NCBI RefSeq assembly: GCF_018977255.1 | Contig: NW_024704742.1 | Coordinates: 133,240,001-133,304,000, forward strand | Length of the DNA stretch: 64,000 bases | Source of the DNA: Callorhinchus milii | Lineage: Eukaryota | Direction: 5' to 3' | Shown here: positions 50,240 to 64,000 of the stretch, one piece after another | Position numbering within the stretch: the first letter of the stretch is position 1 | Layout: each line of letters begins with the position of its first letter | The notes under the pieces: model-generated | Databases searched by the model: none | What the model was told of the DNA's origin: nothing | What the model saw: the letters and a program-made list of their open reading frames with translations, nothing else | Made by a program: the position numbers and the translations under genes

Positions 50240-53200
50240 GTCCTGTATTTTATTCCATTTAAAAGCGAAACTGTAGCAGCTCAGCATTGATCTGGTTTAT
50301 TAAAGACTTTATTTGCAACAACAAATTAATTGCATTTATTTAGTGAGTTTCACATCCAAGGCTCTGGATAGATGAGGGTTTTCATCCGAGCTGGGTTTTG
50401 GATTTGGGAGGAGTAAAGGACAAGGAGGTGGGGATGTGAAGATGACTGAAGGCGCAGTCAAAGAGGAAGGTCTTGAGCCAGATCTTGGAAGGAGGCGACG
50501 AAAGGGGTGAGCTGATGGGACTCTGGGATGGAGTTAATATTTATATTTGAGGTTTATTGAGGCTATTTGCATGTTTTAAATGCCCTGCTAGGTAAGGAGT
50601 CCTATAGCAGAGTGGTTAGCGTGCTTGCCTCACAAGTGAGAGAACCTGGATTTGATTACCAGGCAGAGTGAAACCTTAGGCAAGTTTCCTTATTCCACAC
50701 GCCTCCGGTGACCGAACAGTAAGTAGGAACCCGGTTGTTAGTCGATTGGAGGGGGTAATAAAAAAAATGTGATCACTCAATCCATGACTGTTTGTGGGAC
50801 ACTGCTGTGCGCAATTGGCTGCCACGTTCACCCACAAAATACAGTCAATCCACTTTACAGTATTTCTGTGAAGTGCTTTGAGATGTCTCAAGTGCAAGGA
50901 TTATTATTATTAAGCAGGAAAACAAAGATAAGCCATGAACATGTCGCTGGGATAAAGAAACAATGCGGCTGTGGGTGGGGTTGGATGTGGATTGCATAGA
51001 GGTCAGGTGTCAGCCTGGCTCAGTTAAAAGCAATCTCACCTCTGGGTTCAAGCCCCACGTGGGGGACTTTGAGCTCACCATCTAGATACAGTGTCGGGGA
51101 AATCTGCATTGTTCGCAGTACGGGCCAGTCCTTTGAATGAAACATTAAACCAAAGTTCTGTGCCTGTTCAGCTAGACATTAATGATATCGCGGCACTTTT
51201 CAGCGCCTTGGGACGTCCTCCCGACATGAAGGGCGCTATGCAAATATAATCTTGTTGTTGTTGTTTTCGAAAATACAACAATCTCCCAGATAAAATAGAC
51301 AGGGATTCATTTCATGGCTATTTGTGGGACATTGCAATGTGTCCTGTTTGCCTACAAATATATATATGAAAGCACTGCACTTTACAGGAAAATCATGTGA
51401 GGTCTTTTGAGTCATTTCGACGACTTGATGAGGCGCTACATCAAATACAAGAAAACTGAAAGATTTTTATATTTTTTAAAATATTTTGGCACAACCATTT
51501 AAAAGCATAGCGGCAGTCAAAGTGGAGGATACAGGAGAAAGATCAAAAGGAAACGTTGTATTAAAATGTGAAATTACATCGTAAGGAAACGGATATCCAG
51601 TTCCCAGAATCCAGGCCAAAACAAGGCACAACCCCCTCCCTCCCCTTCTTGTCCGATGAACATGTCAAGATACTCAACCTGGCAGGAATATTAATGATAA
51701 TCTTTGAATTTGATATAGCGCCTTATCATATTCACTGAGACGTCTCAAAGTGCTTCACAGATTATACTATAAAGTGATGCAACTGTGTGTTTGGGGGAGG
51801 AGGGGGCGCAAATGCAGCAGCCAATTTGCACACAGCAGTGACCAACAAACAGCCATGACGATTTGGTGGGGGGGGGAAAGAGGAGAAACTGTAGGCTATG
51901 AAACCTGGAGAAACTCCCTTTTCTTTATGAAGAGCATTATTTAACATCCACCTGGAAAGGCAGATGAAACCTAGGTTTAATGTCTCATCTGAAGAACGGA
52001 ACTTCCAACAATGCAGAACACCCCCCATAACCCTACTGGAGTGCCAGGAGAAACCACGTGGGTTCCAAGTCGTGGGAAACAGGGAGAAACCTTTGATGTC
52101 CACCTGAACAGGCAGACGGAACTTTAGTTGTATGTCTGACCCAAGGAAGACACCTCTGACAATACTGAGTCAGAGTTTAACAGCTGAGCCAGGTTGACAC
52201 AAGGAAATGTCCTTATTTAACATATTCAATCCAAAAAGAAGCAGAACCACAAAGCAGGATGACTGAGGAGGGCAATAAATAGCCAAATAGCCAACGTTTG
52301 ACTTCAAATCAGAAAGTTGTGGGTTCACATAAGGACTCTGACCTTGCTGTCTAGGCTGAAACCCTACATTGCTGGAGGGAGCGCTGTATTGTCAGAGGTG
52401 TCTTCCTTGGATCAGACATACAACTAAAGTTCCGTCTGCCTGTTCAGGTGGACAGTAAAGGTCCCATGGCGCTATTCGAAAAGATAAGGGAGTTTCTCCC
52501 TGTGTCCTGACAACAATCTCCCAGAGAAAATTGGCCATTCACTCCTTTGCTGTGTGCAAATTGACTACCTCAAAAAAAAATTCAGTTCGTCTTCAAAACA
52601 CTACTCAATCACAACTTTACAGGACATCCTGTAAAGAGCTTTGAAACGTCTCAATGATATGATAAGGTGTTATATCAAATGCAATGATTACTATCTTTAT
52701 TCTGGTCACAAGGAAAAGGATCGGGCAGTTCAGAAAATCTGTAAAATCTGCTTTACAGAGAAATCACATAAACAGTCAAAGTATGCAAATGTTTGGCACA
52801 GATTTCTGGAATCAGGAGGAAAGGGGAATTGAAACTCTTGAAACACTGCCAAACAATCCATTTTCTAAATTGGGTTGTTTGGAATTGTAATTTTATCTCG
52901 AATTTACTTCCAAAAAATTATTTTGAAAGTAGTAGCAATGTAACCTAAATGGAATACCCAAATCAGGCCAAGGTACAATGAGCCTGTTAACATAAGCTAT
53001 GAACCAACACTTCTGGTTTCCTAGATACATTTGGCAAAGTGTGAAAACCTTCAAGGTAGCCAGTTAGACTCAGAAGTCTCTTTGACATTGAGAAGCGAGG
53101 TTGTCCACTGTTCAACAGTGTGGCCACTAGAAGGCAGCAGGACACAGATCCAAATCAATTCGATAAATCAAAGCATTTCCATTTTCAAAGCAGCAACAGC

Positions 53201-54654
53201 AGAGAGGGTGGGGAATTCGAAGCAAAACATGTGCAAAAAACATGTCCAGAAAACTCAGTTTGTTAAGATTTCTGATCCATTTAGCTTGACTGTTTTACAA
53301 CAACAGAATGCATTGATATAGCGCTCCTCACGCAGAGCACTCGACAATGGTGGAGCACAGTCCAGTTGCTTCTTGATTATCATTCACTGTAGCTTTTATA
53401 GCAATATTACAGCACCTTTCACATGACGACATTTCAAAGTACTTCGCGGGAATCACTGTAAGCTGGAGTGACTGGGTATTTTGTAACCCTCAGTAATGAA
53501 ATGAGTGACCAATTTTATCTGGTGATTGTTGGCCAAGACACAAGGAGAAATTTCCTTCTGTTTCAAGTAGTTTAACGTCTCGTCTGAAGGATGACACCTC
53601 TGCAATGCAGCCTGCCCCCCCAACACAGCACTGGATCGCGAGCCTGGATGGTGAGCAAAAAGTCCTGATGTGAGGTTTGAACCCACAACCCTCTCACCCA
53701 CAGGCGAGAGCGATACCAACTTAGCCGGGCTGACACTTCCCCCAACATCAGGTGGAAGCTGCCAAATGAGGAAGAAGGAACGTGTTTCAAAAAAACTTTA
53801 TAACCACAAAAGTTTCTTTGAAGAAGATAATGGTTGATTTGTGCGTTTAACGCAAGACTAAATACAGTTCATTTTTTTTTAAATGACAATAATAACAGTA
53901 ATCGTCACAAAATCTGTATGTTTTGTGTGAATTACTATAATATGAATCTGTATATTTTGTGTAACTATATTTTGTGGGCGTTTCGCCCTGACAATATACA
54001 GTCAATTCACTTTACAGTACATTCTGTGAAGCGTTTTGAAACTTCCCGAAGACGTGATACGGAGTGATATTAAATGTAAGGATTATTATTAAAATCCAGT
54101 CTTCCATCACAATTTAACAAACAAAGGCCGAGCTTGAAAGCCATTGGCTAGAATTGGGAATGTTGAAATCTTTTGTAGCAGAAAATTAGTTTAAATGCAG
54201 GAAGTGCCGTATTAAAAGAATAACAGAGAATTCTGAGGCAATCGAACCTAAAACTATTTTGGGAGTCAGCCACATGCGAAAACCGATCACCGTGCTAAAG
54301 AGTATCCAAACTGGACCCAGAGTTCCACATATGTACACCACGTACACACAGAAATGTCCCTGTCTGCTCCACGTGGAGACATGTAGCTCAGTGGTTAGAG
54401 CACTCGCCTTGCAAGCGAGACACCTTGGGCAAGTTTCCTTACTCCACACGCCTAATAATAATCCCTCCAAAAAAAAATTGGTCATTTTCAATCCACAACT
54501 GTTTGTGGGACACTGCTGTGTGCAATTGGCTGCCACATTTCGCCCATAAATATACGATCAATTCACTTTACAGTCTATTCTGTGAAGCGCTTTGAGACGT
54601 TGAGAAGACGTGAAAGGCGCTATATCAAATGCAAGGATTATTATATATTATTAT

Positions 54655-54925
54655 GTCTACCATCGGTGACCGGGCTTTCAGCCTCTCTGCCCCCACACTC
54701 TGGAACTCCATCTCACAGTACCTTCGCCTCGCTTCCCCCCTTGCCTCCTTCAAGACCGGTCTCAAGACCCTTCTCCTCGTTCATGCCTTTGGTCGTCCTC
54801 CCACCTCTCTGCCTCCCTCACCCTTACACCACCCCTCCCCCATGCTCAGGCCCTGACACCTGACTGTTCAGCGCTTTGGGACATCCTCCCGACGTAAAAG
54901 GCGCTCTATAAGTATGTTGTTGTTG
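54655..54925 (+). mobile_element. L2 LINE 3' end, directly after a SINE copy (54372-54650)
   Basis: STIGDRAFSLSAPTLWNSI...SFKTGLKTLL motif and the shared tail. Confidence 0.85.
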
Positions 54926-55136
54926 TCTCTGGAATGGAAAGCCTCTCTCTGTCCAAGTAACGGCATGATCTGCGTACCTAATTCTGGAGAGTATGAGTCA
55001 CAGAGGTTGGAAGACCCAAGGTTTGGGGACTCCAGAGTGTACCCTAGGGGTAACGGGTTAAAGCCTCTGAGAGCCCCATCTAGCAAGTGTGCCCCTGTTT
55101 GTCTGTCTCAGACCACCTTATTCTGTAAGAAGTTAC

Positions 55137-55410
55137 TCTTTGACCGAGCCTTCAGCTCCCCTCTCGACTCTCTTCCCCCTCCTCGCTCCCTCCATTCCCT
55201 CCCCTCACCCTGACCATTTCCCCCCACCTCGCTCCCTCCCTTCCCTCCCCTCACCCTGACCATTTCCCCCTCCTCGCTCCCTCCCCTCCCCTCACCCTGA
55301 CCATTTCCCCCTTGCTCGGGTCATGACCCAACTGTGCAGCGCCTTGGGACGTCCTCCTGACGCGAAAGGCGCTTTATAAATGGAATCTTGTTGTTGTTGT
55401 TGTTGTTGTT
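55137..55410 (+). mobile_element. Young L2 3' UTR fragment with internal tandem triplication
   Basis: Near-identical to 13678-13857 except for three copies of a unit of about 45 bp. Ends in a (TTG)n tail. Confidence 0.88.
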
Positions 55411-55458
55411 ACGGTACCTTGAAAATGCACAGACTCAGTGGCAAGATAGAGCACCTAC

Positions 55459-55640
55459 CCTCGGAGTGGCCTTTGGGCACAGCCTGAAGGAAGCTCAGAA
55501 TGTCCGCATTTCCCGATAGCTTGTAGTAGTGAAGAGCATCGTGACCCAGCGCATCCACCACCTTCAGGTCGGCACCTCTCTTGACTAAAATTTCAACAGC
55601 GTTCCCACTGCCGTGCTCACAGGCCAACATCAGAGCCGTC
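55459..55640 (-). CDS. RAI14: RAI14 ankyrin-repeat exon
   Basis: 182 nt, accttag| and |gtaggt. Encodes (R)[60 protein letters not shown]. Confidence 0.93.
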
Positions 55641-58600
55641 CTAAGGTCAGGGCAAAGGAAGTCAGTGATTACAACAGCAACTCTCTCTGTCCCTCCCTCA
55701 CCTTGTTCGAAGTCCATCTCAAGCCAACAAGAGTCGTGTGGAGTCAGCGTTCCTCAAAGTAAAAATTGGTCATTCATTTCATGGCTGTTTGTGGGACATT
55801 GCTGCACACACCTGGGCTGCCGTGTTTGCCTACATGTCACTCCACTTTACAGTAATATCCTGTGAAGCACTTTGGGACATCCTCTCGATGTGAAAGGCAC
55901 TTTACAAAATTCAAGGATTAGTATTATTAACAACAACAACTTGTATTTATGGATGCTCTTCACACAGGACAACGTCCCAGAGAGCTTGCGCATCCAACCT
56001 CTTTGACCATGCAACTAGTCATCTGTCTCCTCCTCCCACCCTCGGCTCCCATACCTCAGTTTGCATTTATATAGCGCTGCTTCACATCGAATAATGTCGC
56101 AGAGCACTTTACTGTGGGGAGGACAGCCGCTAAGCAGGAGAGAGAGAGGGACGTGACCATACATAGAGTGGTAAGGCACAGAGACAGGCCATTGAGCCCA
56201 CAGCTTTCGGCACTGTGGAGTACTGTAGCTCAGTGGTTAGGGAATTCGCCTCACAAGCAAGAGGACCTGGGTTCGATTCCCAGACAGGGCGAAACATTAG
56301 GCAAGTTTTCTTACTCCACACGCCTCTGTCTACCTAGCAGTATGTGGGAATACGGTTGTTAGTCAATTGGTGGATCGTTTTCTAGGGATAATAATCCCTT
56401 AACATTTTTAAAAAAAATTTGGTCACTCAATCCCGACTGCTTTTGGGACACTTCTGCGTGCAATTAGCTGCCCCCACAAAATACACAGTTAATTCACTTT
56501 ACAGTATATTCTGTGAAGCTCTTTGAGACTTCTCGAAGATGTGATAAGGCGCCTTATCAAATGCAAGGGTTATTATTATTATTATTGTGTTCCACATTCA
56601 CAGACTCCCACTCTATAGTGAGTGTATGCCATGCTGTCCCAACTCCCCTTCTCTTGATACCAAATGTAACTGAATGGAGTAGTTCACTCCGCCTCCAATC
56701 TAGAAAACATGTACCAAGTAAGGTCAGAGTTGAGAAGCTCTGTTTACACAAACACAGTAACTGCTTACTGTGTGGCTCTTTATCTGCGCTATTCATTGCC
56801 CTCACAAAGCCGACCAATAGAGATTTTCTGCACAGATGAGGCCATCCAGGGGATGGGCCTGAGAGAGAAATTAAACCTTGAACAATTTTAAGACATGGGC
56901 AACTTGACAACCTCGGGAAGGAACAGTTAAATGAATTTGGATTGTAACCTTGCAGTGAACCGATAAGTAAAGCTCAGGAATCCAGTCCATTTAGACTTCT
57001 GCACAACATACATTTCCTGATCGTTACTCTGAGCGACAGGTGGACCAGCAGTTGAAATTGTTTGCACGAATGTGGCCCCTTCCCTCAGCTCTGGATGCTC
57101 TCCAACAGAACAATTACCACTGCGGTATTTAATAAGAGGAATTTTTGTTTTGCATTGGTGGATACTTTTACGCAGAACTGCACAGAATCTGCAGCACAAA
57201 AGCAGGCCTTTGGTCAGGCTGGTCCATACCCTCCTAATCCTCTCATTAATATTCCTCGAGAGAGAAAAAAAATTTAGACACTAAATTGGACTGTTTGGGG
57301 GACTTTGCTGTGTGCAATTGGCTGCCATCTTTCGCCCACAAAATACAGTCAATCCACTTTACAATATATTCTGTAGAGCTTTGAGACGAGACGTCTCAAC
57401 GGTGCAATAATGCCCCATAGCAAATGCGAGGATTATTTATTATCTTCTCACTTTTCTTCCCTTCTATCCTCTCTCTCTCTTCCCCTCACCTCACTCTCTC
57501 TCTCTCACGCACTCTTTCCGCCCTTATCGCTCTCATATAGAAGTGAAGGTGGGGTTGGGAGATGGGGATGGTGTGTGTTGCACGAAAAAGAGAAGCACCT
57601 ACAGTAAATGTATTCACAAGATAAAAACTATTCAATCGATAAGACAATCGGCATTTGTCACTATCACTGTACAATAGTCCGTTCAAACTCCAGAGCTTGA
57701 CATCCACAGAGGCTTCTTTGTTAAGGAAACTTCCATTCTTAGGATATCCCTGGATTTGTTGGCGAGTGGGAGGGAATAGTTGGAAAAAATTCTCTCTGTG
57801 TGGGCGGAACAGGATTGATTTGGAAACGGGACAGATTTTAATTCTTTTTGTATTTTGCTGAGTTTAATATAAAAATTCTTCGAAATCGTGAAGATGCAAT
57901 TCACTGCAGTACAAACAGGACTGTACTGAAATAGCAACAGGTTATCTGAGCTGCTGGCTTCAACAGGGAGGTGCACGACAGCAGCAAAATACACAGTGAG
58001 AGAGAAACAAAATCCTTTCAGTTGATAAATCCCCTTATCATCTCGTCCAGAAATTTCAAAGCAATTCACAGGACAGTACTTCGCTGTAAATTATAGTGAC
58101 TGTGTTTTCAAATATGCCAAGTTGACAGAACATGAAAGGACAAGTGGAGTCTTGTAGTGTAGTGGTTAGCACGATCGCCTCACAAGCAAGAGGACTGTGG
58201 CATTGATTCCTGGGTGGGGTGAAACCTTAAGCAAATTTCCTTATTCCACATGCCTAGCAGTAAGAAGGAACCCAGTTGTTAGTTGATTGGTAGATCTCTT
58301 TCTGAGGGTAATAATCCCTCTAAAAAATTGGGAACTGTTGCACAAAATACATTGTGTGAAGCACTTTGAGACACCTCAATGAGATGATAAGGTGCTATAT
58401 CAAATGCAAGGATTATTATTATTATTATAATAATAAGTTTAGCGTTGTTAAGAGCAACTTCAAAAGGGGTACCAGTAGGGATTTGTGTACACAGAGAACC
58501 ATTAACATCTGGAACAGGCTTAGCAGTAAGGGTGGTTGAGGCCAGAATGTTGGTACAGTTTTCAAGAAACAACTCGACAGTGAGAATGGAGGACAGTAGA

Positions 58601-59906
58601 GTGGGAAAATCGGAAAGGAATAGAAGGGCATTAAGTCATCCAGAGCTCTTCTGTGATCTCGCACGTTAGTGGTCAATGGCACTACTGAAAAATGTAGGAA
58701 TACAGAAACGTCCGGCACAGATTGGGAAGCAATCACTGAGGTCTATCCAGCACTTGCCAAACAAGTGTCCAAGACATGCAAATTGCCTTCTGATACAACC
58801 AGCTTCGTAAACACTCAGCTGCTCTTTGTCAGGATAGCACAGGGATCAAGGCAAGGAACGTTGATCAGAGGCCAACTAGAAATCCTTAAATGTTCTCAGC
58901 ACAGTCCCGAGGCCCCAGTGCTATTTAACACAAGACTCCCACACTCGTGCCTTCTCCCACTTTAATAACTGCTGGATTTTGTTGGGATTTGAAGAAGGTA
59001 ATTCACCTAAATGGCATACAGATGTAGAAACGGGCAAAAGAAGTCTCAAAATCTCACATAGAAAACGTACAGCACAGGAGAAGGCTGTTCAGCCCATTGT
59101 GTCTGAGCCGGATCTTTAAAAGAGCAATCGTTTCAGTCCGATTTACCTGCTTTCCCCCCACTCCCAGACACAACCCGATCATTTACTTCTTTTTAGATAT
59201 CTATCTATAGAACCATAGAAACCCTTATGGTTAAAACCTTAAAATCTTAGGCTTAAGAACACAATATTGATATTTAATATTGTGCAAATTTTGCAAAACA
59301 ATTTCTTTAATCTAGGATCAGGTTTTCTTTCCACAATAACAGGTTATCCTGTTATAACTGGACAAGAACGCATCTGGTGTCAGTTCTTAAAACCTCATCC
59401 ATTTGGTGCAACAGAGAGCTGGATAAACACACACTGCTTCAGATTGCTAAATAATCCCTCCCTATCCACCCCACCATCAACTGAATGGTTCTTACACATT
59501 CTGCCCCCTCAGTCTCTGGAAGTCCATCCTGAAGACTCTTCCTCAGCTTGTTCCAGATCTGCCTCTAGACCTACCTTGTGGACCACACTTTCTGGCAGCC
59601 AATTTGGACATGTCCTACAACAGCCATTAAGCGAATGAAATGTTATATCTGTCGGGTTTGTTGGCCAGGACACCGGTAGAAACTTCCTTCTCGTATCGAA
59701 TAGTGCCGTGCGATCGTGAAAGTCGACCAGAACAGGCCTCGATTAACGTCTCATCTGAAGGACAACCCAGTGTCTTTCCCTAGCACTGCATAGACTGAGT
59801 TTAACCACCCAAAGTGGAGCTTGAACTCACAACCTTCTGACTTGGAGGTAAGAGTACTACCGACTTCAGCCAATTGTAAAGCCATGAAGGAATGCCCATT
59901 ACTCAC

Positions 59907-60013
59907 CTGCCATTCTTGTCTCTGGCATCAATGTCAGCTCCCTGATCAATCAGGTAACGACACACCTCGGCATGGTTGCTCTGGGCAGCCTGGATCAATG
60001 GCGTAAAACCTTC
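59907..60013 (-). CDS. RAI14: RAI14 ankyrin-repeat exon (most 5' exon found; earlier exons presumably beyond 64000)
   Basis: 107 nt, ttgcag| and |gtgagt. Encodes EGFTPLIQAAQSNHAEVCRYLIDQGADIDARDKNG(R). Confidence 0.92.
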
Positions 60014-63000
60014 CTGCAATGCAACATAAATGTATAGTTTCAAAGAAGCAGCAAAAAAATGTCTGTCCCAGTGGAATTTACTACTTCACTTTACATAACC
60101 ACTTTGCTTTGAGTGAATGTCTCAAAGAGATTCACATGAACGTTACAAAACAACAAGAACTTTACAGGAAATGTACAACACGGAAACAGGCCATTTGGTC
60201 CACCCAGTCTGTACCGGTGTTTATACTTGAAACGAGTCTCCACCCTCTCCTTTCTCTGACCCATACCCTTCTATTCCTCTCTCCCTCATGTGAAAATCTA
60301 GCTTCTTCCTGAATGCATCTATGCTGTCTATTTTAATCACCACTTTGGGCTTGAAGCGAGTTCCACAATCTCTGTGTGAAGCAGTTCCTCCTTTACAGGG
60401 TGATCCAAACTTCTGGCTGTTGAGGGTCGGATTCCCTATTTGAGAAACGTCTGCAGGTCTCATAAGTAATAATTTTGTGCTTCTCTTCCAGAAACAAACA
60501 TAATATATACGGGTTATGGAGGAAACAGATGGGCCAGGTGAAATGGCGGGAGGGTGGGGGGGTGGAGAAATCACCAGTTGGTCCACCCTGACATAAAATA
60601 ATGTCTACGGGGATGGACAACAAGCAGGGTGAAGGGGAGAGGGACAGGGAAGGTGCCCAAAGGAGGGAGTGATGCACGGGGAGGAGAGGAGGGGGAATCC
60701 ACCCATGTTCAAAAAAGCCGCGGTGAATAAAAAGGTTGGTTTTCAAGAAGGTTTTGACAAAAGGATTTGGGGGAAGAGAGTTCTAGAGGGGGCTGGGGAC
60801 ACGGTGACCAAAGGCTCATTCACCGATGTTGAGAAGGAGGGGGTGAGAACAACAACAACTATAAAATTACATTTGTATAGCGCCCTTCACATTGCGAGGA
60901 GGTCCCAAGAAGTGAGCAGAGAGTATGGGCTGGAGGATATTGCCCAGGGATAAGCCAAATGGTATATAAGCCTCGGTACTGGACAAATGTTAACATAAAG
61001 CAATCAGATGTACCAACCCAAACTTGATTTGACTTTAATGAAAACAAGCACAGCTGCAGGTGAATTACCAACTGATTTAGGGAACAAAATGATTGGCTCC
61101 CCCACCCCAAGTGGTCACAAAGGGAAGGCCATTATTTGCTGTCATGTTGAACTTGACCATCTCACAGTTCACCCAACTTAAGAGCATTTGCCATTGGCGA
61201 TGGATTGAGTTTAGGTTTTGGATTATCGGCCAGTTTATCGCTTCTACCACTGAGCAACACTCGGCAATTATGTGCAATGCAGGAAGACGAGAAGGTCATT
61301 CAGCCCATTGAACCTATTCCAACAGTTTATTAGATCAGGCCAGATTTTTATTTTTTTTGAAATGTCCCCATCTTTTTTTCATACCTCTTAATACCATTAT
61401 ATCCCAAGTGTCTATCTGCAGGGTGACCCTGTTAACTAGATAGTGCAAGATTCACTTATAACTCAGGTATTCAGCTACTAAGCTCCAATCCTCTGGAACT
61501 CCCTTCCTCTATCTATTTTTCCAACCCGCTATATCTGTCTTTAAATCCCACCTTAGAATTTATCTCTTCGACCACACAAATGGTCTCCTTCCCCTCCCTT
61601 GATCCACGCAGCTCCCCACTCCTTCATTGTTAAGCGCTCTGAGATGCTAACCTGCATGAAGAATGCTATATAAATGCAAGTTGCTGCTGTTGTTGGGTCC
61701 TGTGGATGTATGGGTACCTAACGTACAGTATAAGTTTCACGCTAGCAATGCTTGCGAGTGAGGTCACAGCTGACCCTTTGGCTTCCTGGAGGTGCTATCA
61801 GGCGACCTAATGACCCAGAAGTGAGGCTTGCAGCCTTTTTTTTATCATGGACACTTTTAATGACATGTTAAACTGAGGTCCCATCTGCCTTTCTCTATGT
61901 GCAAGTTAAAGATCCCGTGGCATCTGAAAAGAGAAGGGAATTTCTCCCAGTGTCCTGGCCAACAATCCTCCAAATAAAGTTGGTCATTGACTCCATGATT
62001 GTTTGTAGGACATCCTACTTGCTTGAATTGGCTACCACATTTGCCCACAAAACACATAGTTACTGCACTTTACAGGCCGATCCTATGAAGCACTTTGAGA
62101 CGTCTCTACAATGTGGTAAGGCACTATATCAAATGCAATGATTATCATCACCTTTGGTCAAACCTCCGATTTAGGGTTCCTCTACCAAACCCATTCACTC
62201 CCCAGTGTCTCAATTCCTTTCATTATTTTTAAACATTTTCAAATCATACCATTATTTCCAATTGTCCTTCTGACCAGGCAATCGCTGGGCAATTAACTAT
62301 GAGGAATGAGAGTAAATGCAGGCCAGGAATCCAGTCTATCTAAATATAGATTTTATTTTTCTAATGGGCTGTGCTGCCAAAGGCAAAAATCGCAAATGTC
62401 AAAACATGTATTTTTGTTCCATTTGGAAGGGTTTCTGCTCTATAGCAAAGAGGTGAGCCAAAACAATCCGATAAGACTTTCACTTCAGCCTCACAGCATC
62501 ATAGAACCGTAGAGATTTACAGCACAGAAAAGCTATTCAGCCCATCAATCAACAATCACAACTTGCATGAGGGGCCTCTCCTCTCAACAGTCAGGGACTC
62601 ACTGGGATAAACTAATCTTTTCCTATATCTCTCTTCCAATCCATTGGATCCATAGTCCAGTTCCCGAGCCAGACCAGTCTGCAATACTTCAAGGCACTGT
62701 TGTTGACAGACCAGCCACTGTGACTGTGCTAACTCTTTTAAGAGCAATCCTTGTTCTGATTTACCTGCCTTTCCTCCCCCCCCATACCGCTATAGTTTAT
62801 TCCGTTTTAGATATCTTCGCTTTTGAAAGCTAATATGGATTCTGCCTCAACTACCATTCCCGGTCGGGCATTCCATATCCTAACTACACTGTGGGTCAAC
62901 ATTTTTATCCTCAATTCCTCATTTACTCATTTGCTAACTACCTTAAATTGATACCTTCGAATCATTGACTTACTTACTAGTTTGTACAAGACCATCAATT

Positions 63001-64000
63001 CTGTCCTCTCTGCAGTCACAGTCCAACCAAGATAAACCAATTATTCCCTTATACCCCTCTCCCATTCCATTAGAATCCAGCAGTCTGGTTCCCGAGTCAG
63101 GCCGGTCAGTCCGCAGTACTATAGGACACTGTTGATGACAGACCAACCAGCCTGGGCCATTAGCAGGACTGGAGTGGTGAGTGGGAACTGTCAGTGAGGA
63201 ACTGGACTAGGATTCTTCCCACTCTACCCCTGTTAACCCTGCAAGTAAAGCCCTAATGAGGAGGATGGTAGAAGTTGGACAAACAGTTGGAAGCTTGCCC
63301 AGACAATGTGCAAAGGCAACCTGTGTGGTTTTCGTTGGTTAAATTCCAACAGTACACCTAATGCAAACTCTGGCATCCCAACTCTTGTTTCTCAGAAACC
63401 TGTGCCTAATACTCTCTGAAATTAGATGAAGATTAGATTAAGGAGAGTGCACATTCCATTCCAGACACAGGGAAATTTTCCATGTGTAGCTGGAATAGGT
63501 CTTGTCTCAATACTCTTATTATTATTATAACAAAACTATAATAATCCTTAAATTTGATGTCACGCCTTTCATGTTGGGAAGTGTTTCAAAGTGATTCACA
63601 GGATTTTACTAGAAAATCTAATGACTATTTTGAGGGCTAACTCAGCAGCTAATTCGCGCACAGCAATGTCCTGCTAACAGCCACAAAGTGAATGCTGTTT
63701 GGAACTAACTATTTTCTTTATCCGGGGAATTGTTGTCCAGGACAACAGGAAAAACTCTGTTTGCTTTTCGAATAGTATTGCGAGATCTTTAACGTCCAAC
63801 TGGACAAACAGATGGGACCTCAATTTAACTTTTCATCCAAAGGACAGCGCCTCTGATAATGTAGCACTCCCTTAGCTCTGAGCTCAAAGTCCTAACCTGG
63901 AGATTGAACCCACAAACTTCTGACTTGAGAACAAAATGTGACTTACAGAAATCCGCTAACTATTTGAAAGCAGAACATTCACTCTCAATGTTGGCAGAAA

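Noticed and set aside
36881..60013. Alternative identity as UACA, ANKRD24 or ANKRD35
   Set aside because: The C-terminal YRMHLLYAVQGQMDEDVQK.LKQILTMCK together with TPKKRKAPPPP matches RAI14 specifically.

Overview
This is eukaryotic vertebrate genomic DNA, not prokaryotic. The repeat content (tRNA-headed Deu-type SINEs, L2 and CR1 LINE fragments, a shark-type palindromic element) suggests a cartilaginous fish, possibly a chimaera; that assignment is inference. Three spliced genes could be built by hand with consistent intron phases. (1) The last five coding exons of an IL-11 receptor alpha-like gene on + (1448-6773: FN3 domain, WSDWS, stalk, TM, short tail). (2) A complete 215-aa TMEM267 on - (20780-23282), with a probable non-coding first exon and a CpG/CCAAT promoter near 29.2-29.8 kb. 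(3) Twelve exons (895 codons plus stop) of RAI14/ankycorbin on - (36881-60013), including a GC-AG intron; its 5' exons lie beyond the window. Most ORFs in the supplied track are repeat-derived or chance. I found no clear new multi-gene system. The best leads are the IL11RA-TMEM267 tail-to-tail linkage (a predicted site for a CCL27/28-type gene), a tandem splice donor that could remove the receptor tail, a perfect double-CArG hairpin, a degenerate hammerhead ribozyme, local inverted duplications and a young SINE subfamily. Homology calls rest on recalled protein sequences, not on database searches.
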